Positions 43,100 through 53,174 of a stretch of 64,000 bases of DNA are shown here, in pieces. Positions within the stretch are counted from its first letter, which is position 1, and every line of letters begins with the position of its first letter. The notes under the pieces are model-generated. The model was not told the DNA's origin, did not search any database, and was given only the letters and a program-made list of their open reading frames with translations. The stretch is from an uncultured delta proteobacterium (lineage in GTDB: Bacteria; Desulfobacterota; Syntrophia; Syntrophales; UBA2185), in the NCBI GenBank assembly GCA_963695875.1, contig CAVOID010000003.1:398892-462891 (forward strand). Reading direction: 5' to 3'. Made by a program: the position numbers and the translations under genes.

Positions 43100-43654
43100 A
43101 TGAAGTCAGTTTATTATTCTTTAGTGACTACTGTCTTGGGTGATGTCGGAGTTGTCTGGAGGCAGAAAAGCGATACGCCAACCATCGTGAGAATCTTTCT
43201 TCCCACTGAATGTGAAGGGATGGATAGCCTTATCCGACAGTCATTTCCCGGTGTCATCAGGCAGTCACATGGTTTGATGGATCAGGTGTGCGAGAACATC
43301 CGGGAATCGCTGGCAGGACAGGATGTGACATTTCCTCGAAAGATCATCGATATGAGCATATGCCGTGAATTTCAGAGAAAGGTGCTTAGCCAGGCCACGA
43401 GGATTCCGAAGGGAAGGGTCAGTACTTACGGCAGGCTTGCGACGAGGATCGGAATCCCCAAAGGTGCAAGAGCGGTGGGGCGTATCCTTGCGGGAAATCC
43501 TTATCCCCTAATTGTCCCCTGCCATCGGATTGTACAGGCTGACGGAAGCTTGTGTGGTTTCGGAGGTGGCTTGAAGATGAAAAAAGACCTCCTCAATATG
43601 GAGGGCGTAGCATTTGATTCAAAAGAAAGAGTATTGCCGCGATTTTTCTTGTGA
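43100..43654 (+). CDS. ogt: Methylated-DNA-protein-cysteine methyltransferase
   Basis: IP.G.V.TYG, ARAVG, NP..L.VPCHR, K..LL..EG. Confidence 0.9.
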   Translation: MKSVYYSLVTTVLGDVGVVWRQKSDTPTIVRIFLPTECEGMDSLIRQSFPGVIRQSHGLMDQVCENIRESLAGQDVTFPRKIIDMSICREFQRKVLSQATRIPKGRVSTYGRLATRIGIPKGARAVGRILAGNPYPLIVPCHRIVQADGSLCGFGGGLKMKKDLLNMEGVAFDSKERVLPRFFL

Positions 43655-43666
43655 GTGTATGTGGTA

Positions 43667-44818
43667 TCAGGCTTGTTTTCGTTGTTTTTGGACATCTTTT
43701 ATAACCGCCAGGTTATCCCGGTGGATGATTTCATCATAATCCTTGTACCCTAAGACCTGTTCAATCCTGGACGTCTTCAGTCCCATAATCTTTCTGATAT
43801 CCGAGGAGTTATAATTAACGAGCCCCTTGGCCAGTTGAGTTCCTTCCGTATCGACACAGGTTACCGGGTCACCGATACTGAAATCACCCTCTACGTTGGT
43901 TATACCTGACGGAAGCAGGCTCTTCCCTTCCTTAATGATAGCCGTTTTTGCCCCTTCATCAAGAAACAGTTTGCCGTGAGACTTCAAGGTAAAGGCTATC
44001 CAGTACTTTTTGCTGCTCAGGTGTTCGCTCGTGGGCAGAAAGAGGGTTCCTATTTCTTTGCCTGCGAAAATATCATGCAGAACACCCTTCTTTTTGCCGG
44101 GGGCTATAACGCATGGGATGCCCGATGCAGTCACCGCTTTGGCAGCAATGACCTTGCTTTTCATGCCGCCCAATCCGACCTCTGTCGTTTCATCTGTTGC
44201 CGCTGACTCTATCTCTTCCGTAAACTCTTTTACCAGGGTGATGAGTTTTGCCTTTTTTGATTTTGAGGGACTCCGGTCGTACAGCCCTTCCGTGCTGGTC
44301 AGATTGATCAGAAGTTGTCCGTCAATAATATTTGTGATCATTGCGGCAAGATGATCGTTATCACCGAATTTGATTTCATCAACGGCTACCGAGTCATTCT
44401 CGTTGATAATGGGGATAACCCCCCAGTCAATGATAGTGGATAGGGTATTGCGTACATTCAAAAATCGTTTTCTGTCTGTCAGGTCACTCATTGTCAGGAG
44501 GATCTGGGCAACGAAGATGCTGTATTTTCCGAAGGAATTGGAATAAACCCTCATGAGCCTGCTCTGTCCGATAGCAGCAGCAGCCTGTTTCTGGGGCATG
44601 CTTTTCAGTTTGCCCGTTATCCCCATTCTGTGTTTCCCGGAGGCAATGGCGCCTGAGGTAACAATCACAATCTGGTACCCCTCTTTCGTGAGTTGCGCAA
44701 TCTCATCAACGAGTTGTTCTATAATCTGAAGATCAAGACCATCCTCACCCGTTAAGACAGCACTGCCGATTTTAATGAGAACGCGCTTCACCTTTGCCAG
44801 GATTGTTTTCCGCGCCAT
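43667..44818 (-). CDS. proB: Glutamate 5-kinase
   Basis: KIGSAVL, VTSGAIA.G, PIINEND, FGDND.L, GGM.SK, PUA domain. Confidence 0.96.
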   Translation of the reverse strand: MARKTILAKVKRVLIKIGSAVLTGEDGLDLQIIEQLVDEIAQLTKEGYQIVIVTSGAIASGKHRMGITGKLKSMPQKQAAAAIGQSRLMRVYSNSFGKYSIFVAQILLTMSDLTDRKRFLNVRNTLSTIIDWGVIPIINENDSVAVDEIKFGDNDHLAAMITNIIDGQLLINLTSTEGLYDRSPSKSKKAKLITLVKEFTEEIESAATDETTEVGLGGMKSKVIAAKAVTASGIPCVIAPGKKKGVLHDIFAGKEIGTLFLPTSEHLSSKKYWIAFTLKSHGKLFLDEGAKTAIIKEGKSLLPSGITNVEGDFSIGDPVTCVDTEGTQLAKGLVNYNSSDIRKIMGLKTSRIEQVLGYKDYDEIIHRDNLAVIKDVQKQRKQA

Positions 44819-44821
44819 ATT

Positions 44822-45832
44822 TTAAATTACCTTTTCCATGTGCAGAGTTTTTGTGATTTCATTTATCACAGTGCCAATTCCTTCCCCGGTTACTGCGGAA
44901 AATGCCAATACCTTTATGCCTTTTTTTTCAAATATGTCAATTTCTTTTTTGATTCTTTCCCTGGTTGCCGGAAGATCGATTTTATTGATGGCAACAACCT
45001 GAGGCTTTTCCATCAAGGCAGGGCTGAAAAGTGCAAGTTCACGGTTGATAGTTTCAAAATCCTGCCAGGCATCACTACATGATTCATCGGAAATATCGAG
45101 TATATGGAGCAGAGCAGATGTTCTTTCAATATGACGCAGAAATCGTGTTCCCATTCCCATGCCTTCGTGGGCACCTTTGATCAAACCGGGAATATCGGCA
45201 ATGACAAAGGTTTCGTGGGTCCCGTACTTTACGACACCTAAATGCGGCACTAACGTTGTGAAAGGATAGTCGGCGATTTTGGGTCTTGCAGCTGAGACTT
45301 TAGATATGAAAGTCGATTTTCCGACATTGGGAAGACCGATAATGCCCACATCTGCTAAGAGCTTCAGTTCAAGGTTAATCCAGCGTTCCTCACCCTTTAT
45401 CCCCCCTTGTGCGTAACGGGGTGCCTGGTTGGTTGATGTTGCAAACCATGCGTTACCCTTGCCGCCGCCGCCTCCCTTCGCAACAATACAACTCTGTCCT
45501 TCAAGTGCAAGATCAGCCAGAAGCTCGCCGGTATCCGCATCCTTAACAAGTGTGCCTACGGGAACAATGATTTCAACATCCGGAGAATCCTTGCCGGTTC
45601 TGTCGCTCCCTTTTCCATGTCCTCCATGTTTTGCCACGTGGTGCTGTTTGTACTTAAGATCAAGCAGGGTTCTGTGACTGCTTTCGGCACGGATAATTAT
45701 ATCACCTCCTCGGCCGCCATTTCCGCCATCCGGCCCACCGCGGGGGACGAACTTCTCCCTTCTGAAACTTACACAACCTCGGCCGCCATCGCCCGCCTTC
45801 ACATAGATTTTTGCTTCGTCAATGAATTTCAT
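44822..45832 (-). CDS. obgE: GTPase ObgE/CgtA
   Basis: MKFIDEAKI..AGDGG.G..SFRREK, ELKLLADVG, PKIADYPFTTL. Confidence 0.97.
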   Translation of the reverse strand: MKFIDEAKIYVKAGDGGRGCVSFRREKFVPRGGPDGGNGGRGGDIIIRAESSHRTLLDLKYKQHHVAKHGGHGKGSDRTGKDSPDVEIIVPVGTLVKDADTGELLADLALEGQSCIVAKGGGGGKGNAWFATSTNQAPRYAQGGIKGEERWINLELKLLADVGIIGLPNVGKSTFISKVSAARPKIADYPFTTLVPHLGVVKYGTHETFVIADIPGLIKGAHEGMGMGTRFLRHIERTSALLHILDISDESCSDAWQDFETINRELALFSPALMEKPQVVAINKIDLPATRERIKKEIDIFEKKGIKVLAFSAVTGEGIGTVINEITKTLHMEKVI

Positions 45833-45845
45833 AAAAAAGATATTT

Positions 45846-45875
45846 AAAAAAAAGAGGCACTTAAATAAGTGCCTC
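45846..45875 (-). terminator. Rho-independent terminator downstream of csp
   Basis: 9-bp stem GAGGCACTT/AAGTGCCTC, 4-nt loop, followed by 8 U on the minus strand. Confidence 0.75.
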
Positions 45876-45944
45876 GAAGGAATTCACATGCATTGCATGA
45901 AATTTCCGGCCATTTTCACTAGATGGCCATAATAGTATAGCTTA

Positions 45945-46154
45945 TTATACTTTACGAACATTCACGGCTGCCTGTCCCTTATTATCCTGCTTTACCGTGA
46001 ACTCTACACGTTCCCCCTCTGCTAAACTGCGAAATCCCTCCCCGTCAATTGATGTGTAGTGAACAAAAACATCTTCTCCCGAGTCCCGGGAGATAAAACC
46101 ATAGCCTTTCTTGTCGTTAAACCATTTAACAACGCCGGTTTCACGCTCGTCCAT
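45945..46154 (-). CDS. Cold-shock protein
   Basis: GVVKWFN..KGYGFI, DVFVHY. Confidence 0.95.
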   Translation of the reverse strand: MDERETGVVKWFNDKKGYGFISRDSGEDVFVHYTSIDGEGFRSLAEGERVEFTVKQDNKGQAAVNVRKV

Positions 46155-46188
46155 TTTCCTAAAAGCCTCCTCTTTATTTGAAAGCTGG

Positions 46189-46443
46189 CTATGAAGCGTA
46201 GACGCTTACTTTTTTTCTTTTTTTGTCCAGCCTTTCATACATTACGATGCCATCAATCTTGGAAAAAATTGTGTAGTCTTTCCCGAGGCCGACATTATTG
46301 CCCGGATGGATCTTAGTCCCGACCTGACGGACGATGATGGAACCAGCGTTGATCTTCTGGCCGCCAAACACCTTAATGCCCCGCCTCTGAGCATTGCTGT
46401 CCCTCCCGTTCCGGGAACTTCCCTGTCCCTTTTTATGTGCCAT
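46189..46443 (-). CDS. rpmA: 50S ribosomal protein L27
   Basis: [16 protein letters not shown]. Confidence 0.97.
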   Translation of the reverse strand: MAHKKGQGSSRNGRDSNAQRRGIKVFGGQKINAGSIIVRQVGTKIHPGNNVGLGKDYTIFSKIDGIVMYERLDKKRKKVSVYAS

Positions 46444-46455
46444 GCCATCCTCCGC

Positions 46456-46767
46456 TTAAATGGAAATTTCCTTTATCTTCATCCTTGTCAATTTCTGACG
46501 GTGTCCTGTTTTTTTCTTGAATCCTTTTCTTCTCTTCATCTTAAAGACATTAATTTTATTGGCCTTTATCTGTTCAATGATCTCACCGCTGACCCTTGCT
46601 CCCGTAAGATATGGGGTGCCAACTTTGATGTCTTCTCCTCGGGAGACCATCAGTACCTCATCAAAAAAAACAATGTCTCCCTTACCACCATCTATTTTCT
46701 CGACTGCAATTTTATCACCTTCCGAGACTCTATGCTGTTTTCCGCCTGTTTTTATGACCGCATACAT
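46456..46767 (-). CDS. rplU: 50S ribosomal protein L21
   Basis: [18 protein letters not shown]. Confidence 0.97.
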   Translation of the reverse strand: MYAVIKTGGKQHRVSEGDKIAVEKIDGGKGDIVFFDEVLMVSRGEDIKVGTPYLTGARVSGEIIEQIKANKINVFKMKRRKGFKKKTGHRQKLTRMKIKEISI

Positions 46768-46800
46768 ACAATATAATCCTTAACAAAAAATTTGGGTTGC

Positions 46801-46830
46801 ACTTTATCGAAAAAAAACACCATTTGTCAA
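46801..46830 (-). promoter_or_regulatory. sigma70 promoter for rplU-rpmA
   Basis: TTGACA-18 nt-TAAAGT on the minus strand. Confidence 0.55.
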
Positions 46831-46896
46831 CATAATTTATTGGGTTTTCTTTTTAAAAAGAAATTAAGTGGCGCCCCAGCCTTTTTGAAATACCCT

Positions 46897-47331
46897 TCAG
46901 CAAGGTTTCCCCTCAAAATAGGAATGGTACTTATACCTGTTTTTCTGTATATCCCAATACTTGGACAGAGCGAAATTGCGGGGGAATATAGGTTTGGATA
47001 GGTATGGCAGAGAATCTTTCTTGAAAGCATCAAGCAGTTCTTGAAAGACCGCGTCTTTTTTCTTATTGTTTACGAAGGATCGTTTTTTATTGTATTCGAA
47101 AGAGATTTCCGGTCCGAGGACTTGCCTTACAAGTTCAAAATGTTCGGTTTTAGTAAAATAAGATGATCTTAGTTCAACTTCAATCCTGATCAAAAGTTCA
47201 ACCTTCGTCGTATCTGCCGCAATAGGTATGGATTTATCCCAGACTTCAAACTTAAGGCCATTGGCAAGTGGTATTTCTTCTACAAGTCTCATAATACCTA
47301 ATATGCTATCATCTTTATACTTGACCTGCAA
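46897..47331 (-). CDS. Hypothetical protein
   Basis: 144-aa ORF of plausible composition filling the gap. Confidence 0.65.
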   Translation of the reverse strand: MQVKYKDDSILGIMRLVEEIPLANGLKFEVWDKSIPIAADTTKVELLIRIEVELRSSYFTKTEHFELVRQVLGPEISFEYNKKRSFVNNKKKDAVFQELLDAFKKDSLPYLSKPIFPRNFALSKYWDIQKNRYKYHSYFEGKPC

Positions 47332-47469
47332 TGGTATTCCTCATATAAGGGGGCGTAAATACGGTTGCAGATATGAAGGTAAAGACAGAGATTACAGCCC
47401 CGCCCGGGCGGTGAGACTTCATCTGGAATACAAGTTTTTGATGCATACCTTCAAAACCATGATCTTCAA

Positions 47470-48354
47470 ATGAATGATGACCAATTCATCCATCTGTGCC
47501 AGCCGGATGCATACAAATCCTGCGGGGCATGTTGTGGACTCTATAATTACGCAAAAAGCACGAAGCAATGTCTTGCCGGACGTCTAAGAGAAAGAACGGA
47601 TCGTTTCCGCAAAACTGTCAAGTGCCCAGGAGACATATCAGGTTTTTCTGAGATGATAAAAATGTCAGAAGACCAGACAAAAATATATGATGTCATCTAC
47701 TGCTGCGAATATCTTGGTTTTCTCGATGAAGAGGAAAAGAAGGTAGGCTGTCTCCTACATCCACAGCAGAACAATGGTTCAGACCTGAGGGACGCCTCCT
47801 TCTACGGGAGAGGGCTCTGCGAAGGACATCTCTGCCCCAGCTATCATTATCTGACTAGAGAAGAAAAGCTGGCTCTGATGAATGTTACAGACGACTGGTA
47901 CCTTTATGGCCTGTGTGTGACAGATATCGATCTCGCAAAATCATATTTTCGCATGGTCTGCGAGAGGGTGTGTGAAATGCCGTCACCTGACAGATTTAAA
48001 GAGGGTGCTTTCAAAGACATCGTCCTTCGTTTTTTTTCCTTCAAGATTTCCTGGCCTTTTCGGTCTTATGCATCCAATCGCTTCGGCAAGTATTATTTTG
48101 ATGGTTCGGAATATATGATCAGCCGCATAGATTACAGGGCGCTTGGCTCTGAGGGATCACGATTCGACAGTATTTTCCTTAGCCTTTCTTCCGAGTTTAG
48201 AAATCTGCAGGAACTGAAGGAGGCAGAAGACCTGATACAGGCGAACATTGATGAATTTGCGAATACGTATTCATGTTTTTCAGTACCCGTTATTGGAGTG
48301 TCTGATGGGCGAAGTGAAAAAGGAGATTCTCATTTCCAAACCGGAAATCGATGA
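47470..48354 (+). CDS. Cys-rich hypothetical protein, possibly metal or Fe-S binding
   Basis: C......SCGACCG, CC.YLG, GCLLHP, C....C motifs. Confidence 0.7.
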   Translation: MNDDQFIHLCQPDAYKSCGACCGLYNYAKSTKQCLAGRLRERTDRFRKTVKCPGDISGFSEMIKMSEDQTKIYDVIYCCEYLGFLDEEEKKVGCLLHPQQNNGSDLRDASFYGRGLCEGHLCPSYHYLTREEKLALMNVTDDWYLYGLCVTDIDLAKSYFRMVCERVCEMPSPDRFKEGAFKDIVLRFFSFKISWPFRSYASNRFGKYYFDGSEYMISRIDYRALGSEGSRFDSIFLSLSSEFRNLQELKEAEDLIQANIDEFANTYSCFSVPVIGVSDGRSEKGDSHFQTGNR

Positions 48355-48832
48355 TAGGGTTCAGCGGTTGGCCGATGAAATTTCCCGGGATTATGAGGGG
48401 AAAGAGTTGGTCCTAATCGGTATTCTTAAAGGCGCGTTTGTATTTATGGCTGACCTGATCCGGTGCCTTCGTATTCCATGCGAGGTTGATTTTGTCAGGC
48501 TGGCAAGCTATGGTGCAGGAACTGTTAGCTCGGGAAATATCATGATCACCAAGGATATTGAGACACCAATACGCGGCAGAGATGTTATTATTGTGGAGGA
48601 CATTGTAGATACAGGCCTGACCCTGTCTTTTTTAGTTGATAAACTCAAGGAAAGAGAGCCAGAATCATTAAAGGTATGCGTCCTTCTAGATAAAAAAGAG
48701 AGGAGAAAGGTTCCGTTTGAAGCCGAGTATGTAGGCTTTGATATACCGGACCGTTTTGTTGTGGGATATGGTCTTGATTTCAATGAAATGTATCGATTCC
48801 TGCCGGATGTTTGTGCCATCGAGGAAAACTAA
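48305..48832 (+). CDS. hpt: Hypoxanthine phosphoribosyltransferase
   Basis: GILKGAFVFMADL, IVEDIVDTGLT, FVVGYGLD. Confidence 0.95.
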   Translation: MGEVKKEILISKPEIDDRVQRLADEISRDYEGKELVLIGILKGAFVFMADLIRCLRIPCEVDFVRLASYGAGTVSSGNIMITKDIETPIRGRDVIIVEDIVDTGLTLSFLVDKLKEREPESLKVCVLLDKKERRKVPFEAEYVGFDIPDRFVVGYGLDFNEMYRFLPDVCAIEEN

Positions 48833-48901
48833 TGAACAATTTAACCTTTACAAAAGAGAATATAAAAGTGAGGGTACTATTTTCCATTAAATGGAGGGTA
48901 C

Positions 48902-49816
48902 ATGATCGTTCAATGTAAAAAGTGCCAAACGAGATTCAGGTTTGACGAAACCTTAATTGAAGGGGAGGGCGTATGGGTCAGGTGTAACCAATGCAAAAAT
49001 GTATTCTTTTTGGACAATCAGAACAAAGTTGAAATTACATCCCGAACAGAGCAGACCCGGGATATAAAAGGAGTTGAAACTGATAGTATCGGTGCAGTAC
49101 AGGGACAGATATTTGAACACCAAATAGAGGAAGTCAAGCGACTGGACACCGTACCTGTCAAGGATATTGAAGAGGATTTTGAAGACAGCGACACGCATGG
49201 GCCAACTGGAGTCGTAAAGGTGGAAGTTGAAGGAATGTACGACGAGGATGAAGTTCCTGAAGAAAAAGGCGAGAGAAAACGAATACTGACACGGGGGATA
49301 CAGCTGCTCATTTTATCTATCGTCCTCTTAATCGGGGGTGTATATTTCGTATTTTTTACCGGCGTGGGGGGGCAAGCGTTATTTGAAAGAATTCTCGGTA
49401 CAAGTCAGAAAAGCGAGGAAGTTGGTCCCGCGCAGGTCGACCTGACAGATGTCAGGCAGCGTCTGGTCAATAACATATCCATCGATAGCATCAGGGTTAT
49501 TGAGGGAACAGCGATCAACCAGTCTTCATTTCCCATGACAAGAATAAAGGTGAGGGGAGAGATTACCGATGCATACACAGTGGTTCTTGGAGTGAGGGAA
49601 TCATATTGCGGTAATCTACTTACCGATGATGAACTTGCCACCATGACAGAGGATCAAATACAAAAGGAACTATCCAATCCCCTAGGGAGTGATGTGTCCA
49701 ATGACAGGATTGAACCCAAGGGTCAGATCCCTTTCATGATCGTGTTTACCCGGGAACCGGCTGGTTTGGTTAAAACGTTTGTTGTACCATCAGGCGCCGA
49801 GCGGCTATTACCGTGA
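48902..49816 (+). CDS. Zinc-ribbon (MJ0042-type) / DUF3426 membrane protein
   Basis: C..CQTRF...VRC..C..VF, acidic linker, one TM, GN.L...EL, IPFM.VF. Confidence 0.82.
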   Translation: MIVQCKKCQTRFRFDETLIEGEGVWVRCNQCKNVFFLDNQNKVEITSRTEQTRDIKGVETDSIGAVQGQIFEHQIEEVKRLDTVPVKDIEEDFEDSDTHGPTGVVKVEVEGMYDEDEVPEEKGERKRILTRGIQLLILSIVLLIGGVYFVFFTGVGGQALFERILGTSQKSEEVGPAQVDLTDVRQRLVNNISIDSIRVIEGTAINQSSFPMTRIKVRGEITDAYTVVLGVRESYCGNLLTDDELATMTEDQIQKELSNPLGSDVSNDRIEPKGQIPFMIVFTREPAGLVKTFVVPSGAERLLP

Positions 49817-49993
49817 GATCCGGTTTGATAAGGAGTGGCAGGGCGCATATCACGAAGCCCGTTCTTTTGACAGATAGCCTTTTTCTTTTCCGCCCTGCAA
49901 GAAGGGGGGGGCGTGCCCTGACGGCTCGAAAGTCACGAATAAAGATGACTGATCAGCACTAGAGATGGATAAATCGAACCAGGTCGAACTGTC

Positions 49994-50242
49994 TTAATTT
50001 CCGCTCTTAGCTTTCTCTTTCGTATAAGTAATCTTCTTTATCCCTCCATCACATGAGCCGACGACCCTTTGCTCTTTGACCTGGTCAGCAGGCACTATTT
50101 CTAGGGTATAATTTATCACACCGTTAGCCTGCAGCTTTGCGTCGATCTCACCTTTCAACTCGTCGCATGGCTTTATCTGAGCGAATGCCGATGTGCAGAT
50201 AAATGATGCAACAACGACCAGAACAAATGTGAAACGTTTCAT
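49994..50242 (-). CDS. DUF1161 (YnfD-like) exported small protein
   Basis: Signal peptide, CDELK.EI.AK..ANGV..YTLEIV, VVGSCDGG.KKI.Y. Confidence 0.85.
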   Translation of the reverse strand: MKRFTFVLVVVASFICTSAFAQIKPCDELKGEIDAKLQANGVINYTLEIVPADQVKEQRVVGSCDGGIKKITYTKEKAKSGN

Positions 50243-50315
50243 AAACTACCTCCTTTTGTTATTTATGACACCCGACATCTTTTCCTTCATTTAGAAGGAT
50301 CAAATGAGTAGCTAA

Positions 50316-50960
50316 TTATTTCTTGTTTTTAGTGAGGGCACGGAGAATCATCGCGCCGGATATGGATCCCTCCCGCAGAATCACCGGTGGATGGGTAGTC
50401 ACATCAATGATAGTTGATCCTTTCCCTCCGGGTGTCCGTCCCCCATCTATGACAGCATCGATTTTATCTCCTATGCACTTGATGACCTCATGGATTGAAG
50501 TGCATTCCCCGGCACCGGAAGGGTTGGCACTGGTCGCTGTAATAGGATGACGCAATTCTTTTGCCAGTGCAGTTGCGATAGGGTGGCTGGAGATGCGAAC
50601 GCCGATTTTACCGGTTCCTGCCGTGAGACGAGAAGAAACGTTCTGAGATGCCGTAAATACGAGTGTAAGTGCTCCCGGCCAAAATGTTTCCATAAGACGC
50701 AGAGCAATTTCAGGGATCCCCTCAACAAGGTCTCTTACATCACGACGGTCCCCAATAATAACAGAGAGGGGATTCTTTATATCTCTTCCTTTGATAAGGA
50801 AAATTCTTTCGATGGCATTTTCGTTGCGGCTGTCAGCACCGAGTCCATAGAATGTTTCCGTTGGATAAGCAATAACTCCTCCCTCTTTGATAATCTGTAT
50901 GGCTTTCGTAAGCAGGTATTTACCGGGATTATCGGGATCGATTTTCAGGACTTCCGGCAT
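50316..50960 (-). CDS. tsaC: L-threonylcarbamoyladenylate synthase (TsaC/Sua5)
   Basis: YPTETFYGL, KGR...PL, FWPG.LT, TSANPSG, STI, LREG. Confidence 0.92.
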   Translation of the reverse strand: MPEVLKIDPDNPGKYLLTKAIQIIKEGGVIAYPTETFYGLGADSRNENAIERIFLIKGRDIKNPLSVIIGDRRDVRDLVEGIPEIALRLMETFWPGALTLVFTASQNVSSRLTAGTGKIGVRISSHPIATALAKELRHPITATSANPSGAGECTSIHEVIKCIGDKIDAVIDGGRTPGGKGSTIIDVTTHPPVILREGSISGAMILRALTKNKK

Positions 50961-51460
50961 GATGTAAGGTTTTCCTGTTTCTTTTCAATCTCCCTGGCCA
51001 TATCCTGAATAAATGAAAGCAACTTTTTCTGGAGGTTGTCGTCTTCCACAGCCAGGATCCGGACAGCCAGCAGGGCGGCGTTTTTTGCTCCCGCCTTTCC
51101 CACGGCCATTGTGGCAACTGGAACGCCGCCGGGCATTTGTGCAATAGATAATAGCGCATCTATTCCGCCCAGTGCCGTTGCATCTATGGGGATTCCGATG
51201 ACCGGGAGGAGCGTCTGGGAGGCAACCACACCGGCCAGATGGGCAGCGGCCCCGGCGCCGACAATGATGACCTTGATGCCCCTTTGAGCTGCCTTCTTCG
51301 CAAAGGAGGACGTTCTTTCAGGTGAGCGATGGGCTGAGGTCAAAAAAACCTCGTGAGGAACTCCAAAATCTTCCAGAACCTTTATGGTTTCGTTCATGAC
51401 GGGAAGGTCGGAATCGCTCCCCATGACTACACTGACGACGGGACCTTTCGGTTCTTTCAT
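50945..51460 (-). CDS. purE: N5-carboxyaminoimidazole ribonucleotide mutase
   Basis: MGSDSDL, SAHRSP, GAG.AAHL.G, QMP.GVPVAT. Confidence 0.96.
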   Translation of the reverse strand: MKEPKGPVVSVVMGSDSDLPVMNETIKVLEDFGVPHEVFLTSAHRSPERTSSFAKKAAQRGIKVIIVGAGAAAHLAGVVASQTLLPVIGIPIDATALGGIDALLSIAQMPGGVPVATMAVGKAGAKNAALLAVRILAVEDDNLQKKLLSFIQDMAREIEKKQENLTSCRKS

Positions 51461-51489
51461 ATAGTTCTCCTCCTATTGAACTGCAAAAA

Positions 51490-51580
51490 GGATCAAAGCA
51501 TTCGAAGGTTCAAGTGTTCGAAGATTTCTTTCTATGCAATTCACCGGAATACTCGACTCCTTGACCCCTTGAATCCTGAA
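51490..51580. repeat. 8-mer periodic inverted-repeat element, copy 1
   Basis: gcattcga/aggttcaa/gtgttcga ... atactcga/ctccttga/ccccttga. Confidence 0.6.
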
Positions 51581-51604
51581 GATACTTCGGAGTCTATCCA
51601 TGGT

Positions 51605-53170
51605 TCAGTGTTTGAAGTGCCTTGTTTCCGTGAAGATCATGGCCAGGCCATGCTCATCTGCTGCCTTGATGACTTCCTCGTCTCTAACAGAGCCGCCGGG
51701 TTGGATAATGGCAGTAATGCCTGACTCTGCTGCCATATCAACACCATCCCTGAATGGGAAAAAGGCATCGGATGCCAAAACACAGCCTTTTATAGGCAGT
51801 TTGGCTTTCATCGTGGCGATTCTTACCGAATCAATCCGGCTCATCTGTCCCGCCCCTACGCCAACCAGCTGGTCTTTTGAGGCATACACTATAGCATTTG
51901 ATTTGACATGTTTCACTACACGCCATGCGAAGTCCAGCGCCTTGTATTCTTCCTCCGTAGGAGGCCTTTTCGTAACAATCCTTGCTTTCCTGATATCAAA
52001 ATCATCTATGTCCCTGTCCTGAACGAGAAGCCCTCCTACAACCCTCCGGAAGTCGTAACCGGCCGGGCGGGTACCCGTAGATGGAATTTCGAGGAGTCTC
52101 AGGTTCTTCTTGGCACTCAATACAGCTTTTGCCTCTTCGTCGAAGCCCGGGGCAATGATGACTTCCAGAAAAATTTTGGCCAGTTCTTCTGCTGCTTTTT
52201 TGTCGACTTGCCGGTTCATGGCGACGATTCCCCCGAAGGCAGAAACGGGGTCGGTTTCCATGGCCTTCCTATAAGCTGTAGCGATATCACTTCCGGAAGT
52301 TGCCGCACCGCATGGATTGGCATGCTTGACGATGACGGTTGCGGGTAATGCAAAATCGGATACCATCTGCCACGCAGCGTCGCTGTCCATGATGTTGTTG
52401 TAAGACAGTTCCTTTCCCTGAAGCTGACGTGCACCGGATATGGCAGAAACGTACTGATCGGTCTCCCTGTAAAAAGCCGCTTGCTGATGGGGGTTCTCCC
52501 CATAGCGGAGATCCTGTGATTTCACAAACTGAACAGTAAAAGTATCGGGGAACATCTTCTTAGTCCCGTCGGGGCCGATACTGCCAAGGTAATTTGAAAT
52601 AGCAGCGTCGTATCTGGCCGTAAGCTGGAAGGCTTTCGTGGCAAGGAGGAAATTTGTACCTTCTGAAATCTTTCCTCCCTTGGCTTTCATTTCCTGCAGA
52701 ATCTTGGGATAATCTTCCGGATTGGTCACAACACTTAAATAACGGTAATTCTTCGCTGCTGCCCGGAGCATGGCAGGGCCGCCGATATCGATATTTTCAA
52801 TAGCCTCATCAAACATACAATCTTTTTTTGCTACAGTATCTTCGAACCGGTAGAGGTTGATAACAACCATGTCGATCATGTTGATACCGTGTTCTGCCGC
52901 CGCTTTCATGTGTGCTTCATTGTCACGCAGTGCCAGAAGGCCGCCGTGGATCCTCGGATGAAGTGTCTTGAGCCTTCCGTCCATCATTTCAGGGAAACCG
53001 GTGTAATCGGAGACATCTTTAACGTTTATTCCACTGGCTCTCAGCTGGGCGGCAGTTCCACCTGTGGACAGAATCTCTACACCGAAATCCTTAAGCCCTC
53101 GTGCAAACTCGACAAGCCCTTTCTTATCGGTAACGCTGATCAGGACCCTTTTGATGTTATTCATATTCAC
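51605..53170 (-). CDS. purH: Bifunctional AICAR transformylase / IMP cyclohydrolase
   Basis: STGGTA, GRLKTLHP, IDIGGP, LRYGENPHQ, ASDAFFPF, IQPGGS, RHFKH. Confidence 0.97.
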   Translation of the reverse strand: MNMNNIKRVLISVTDKKGLVEFARGLKDFGVEILSTGGTAAQLRASGINVKDVSDYTGFPEMMDGRLKTLHPRIHGGLLALRDNEAHMKAAAEHGINMIDMVVINLYRFEDTVAKKDCMFDEAIENIDIGGPAMLRAAAKNYRYLSVVTNPEDYPKILQEMKAKGGKISEGTNFLLATKAFQLTARYDAAISNYLGSIGPDGTKKMFPDTFTVQFVKSQDLRYGENPHQQAAFYRETDQYVSAISGARQLQGKELSYNNIMDSDAAWQMVSDFALPATVIVKHANPCGAATSGSDIATAYRKAMETDPVSAFGGIVAMNRQVDKKAAEELAKIFLEVIIAPGFDEEAKAVLSAKKNLRLLEIPSTGTRPAGYDFRRVVGGLLVQDRDIDDFDIRKARIVTKRPPTEEEYKALDFAWRVVKHVKSNAIVYASKDQLVGVGAGQMSRIDSVRIATMKAKLPIKGCVLASDAFFPFRDGVDMAAESGITAIIQPGGSVRDEEVIKAADEHGLAMIFTETRHFKH

Positions 53171-53174
53171 AATG

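Noticed and set aside
49830..49925. GC-rich inverted repeat between convergent genes considered as a riboswitch
   Set aside because: It lies 3' of both genes and has no recognisable aptamer motif; likely a terminator-like or degenerate repeat
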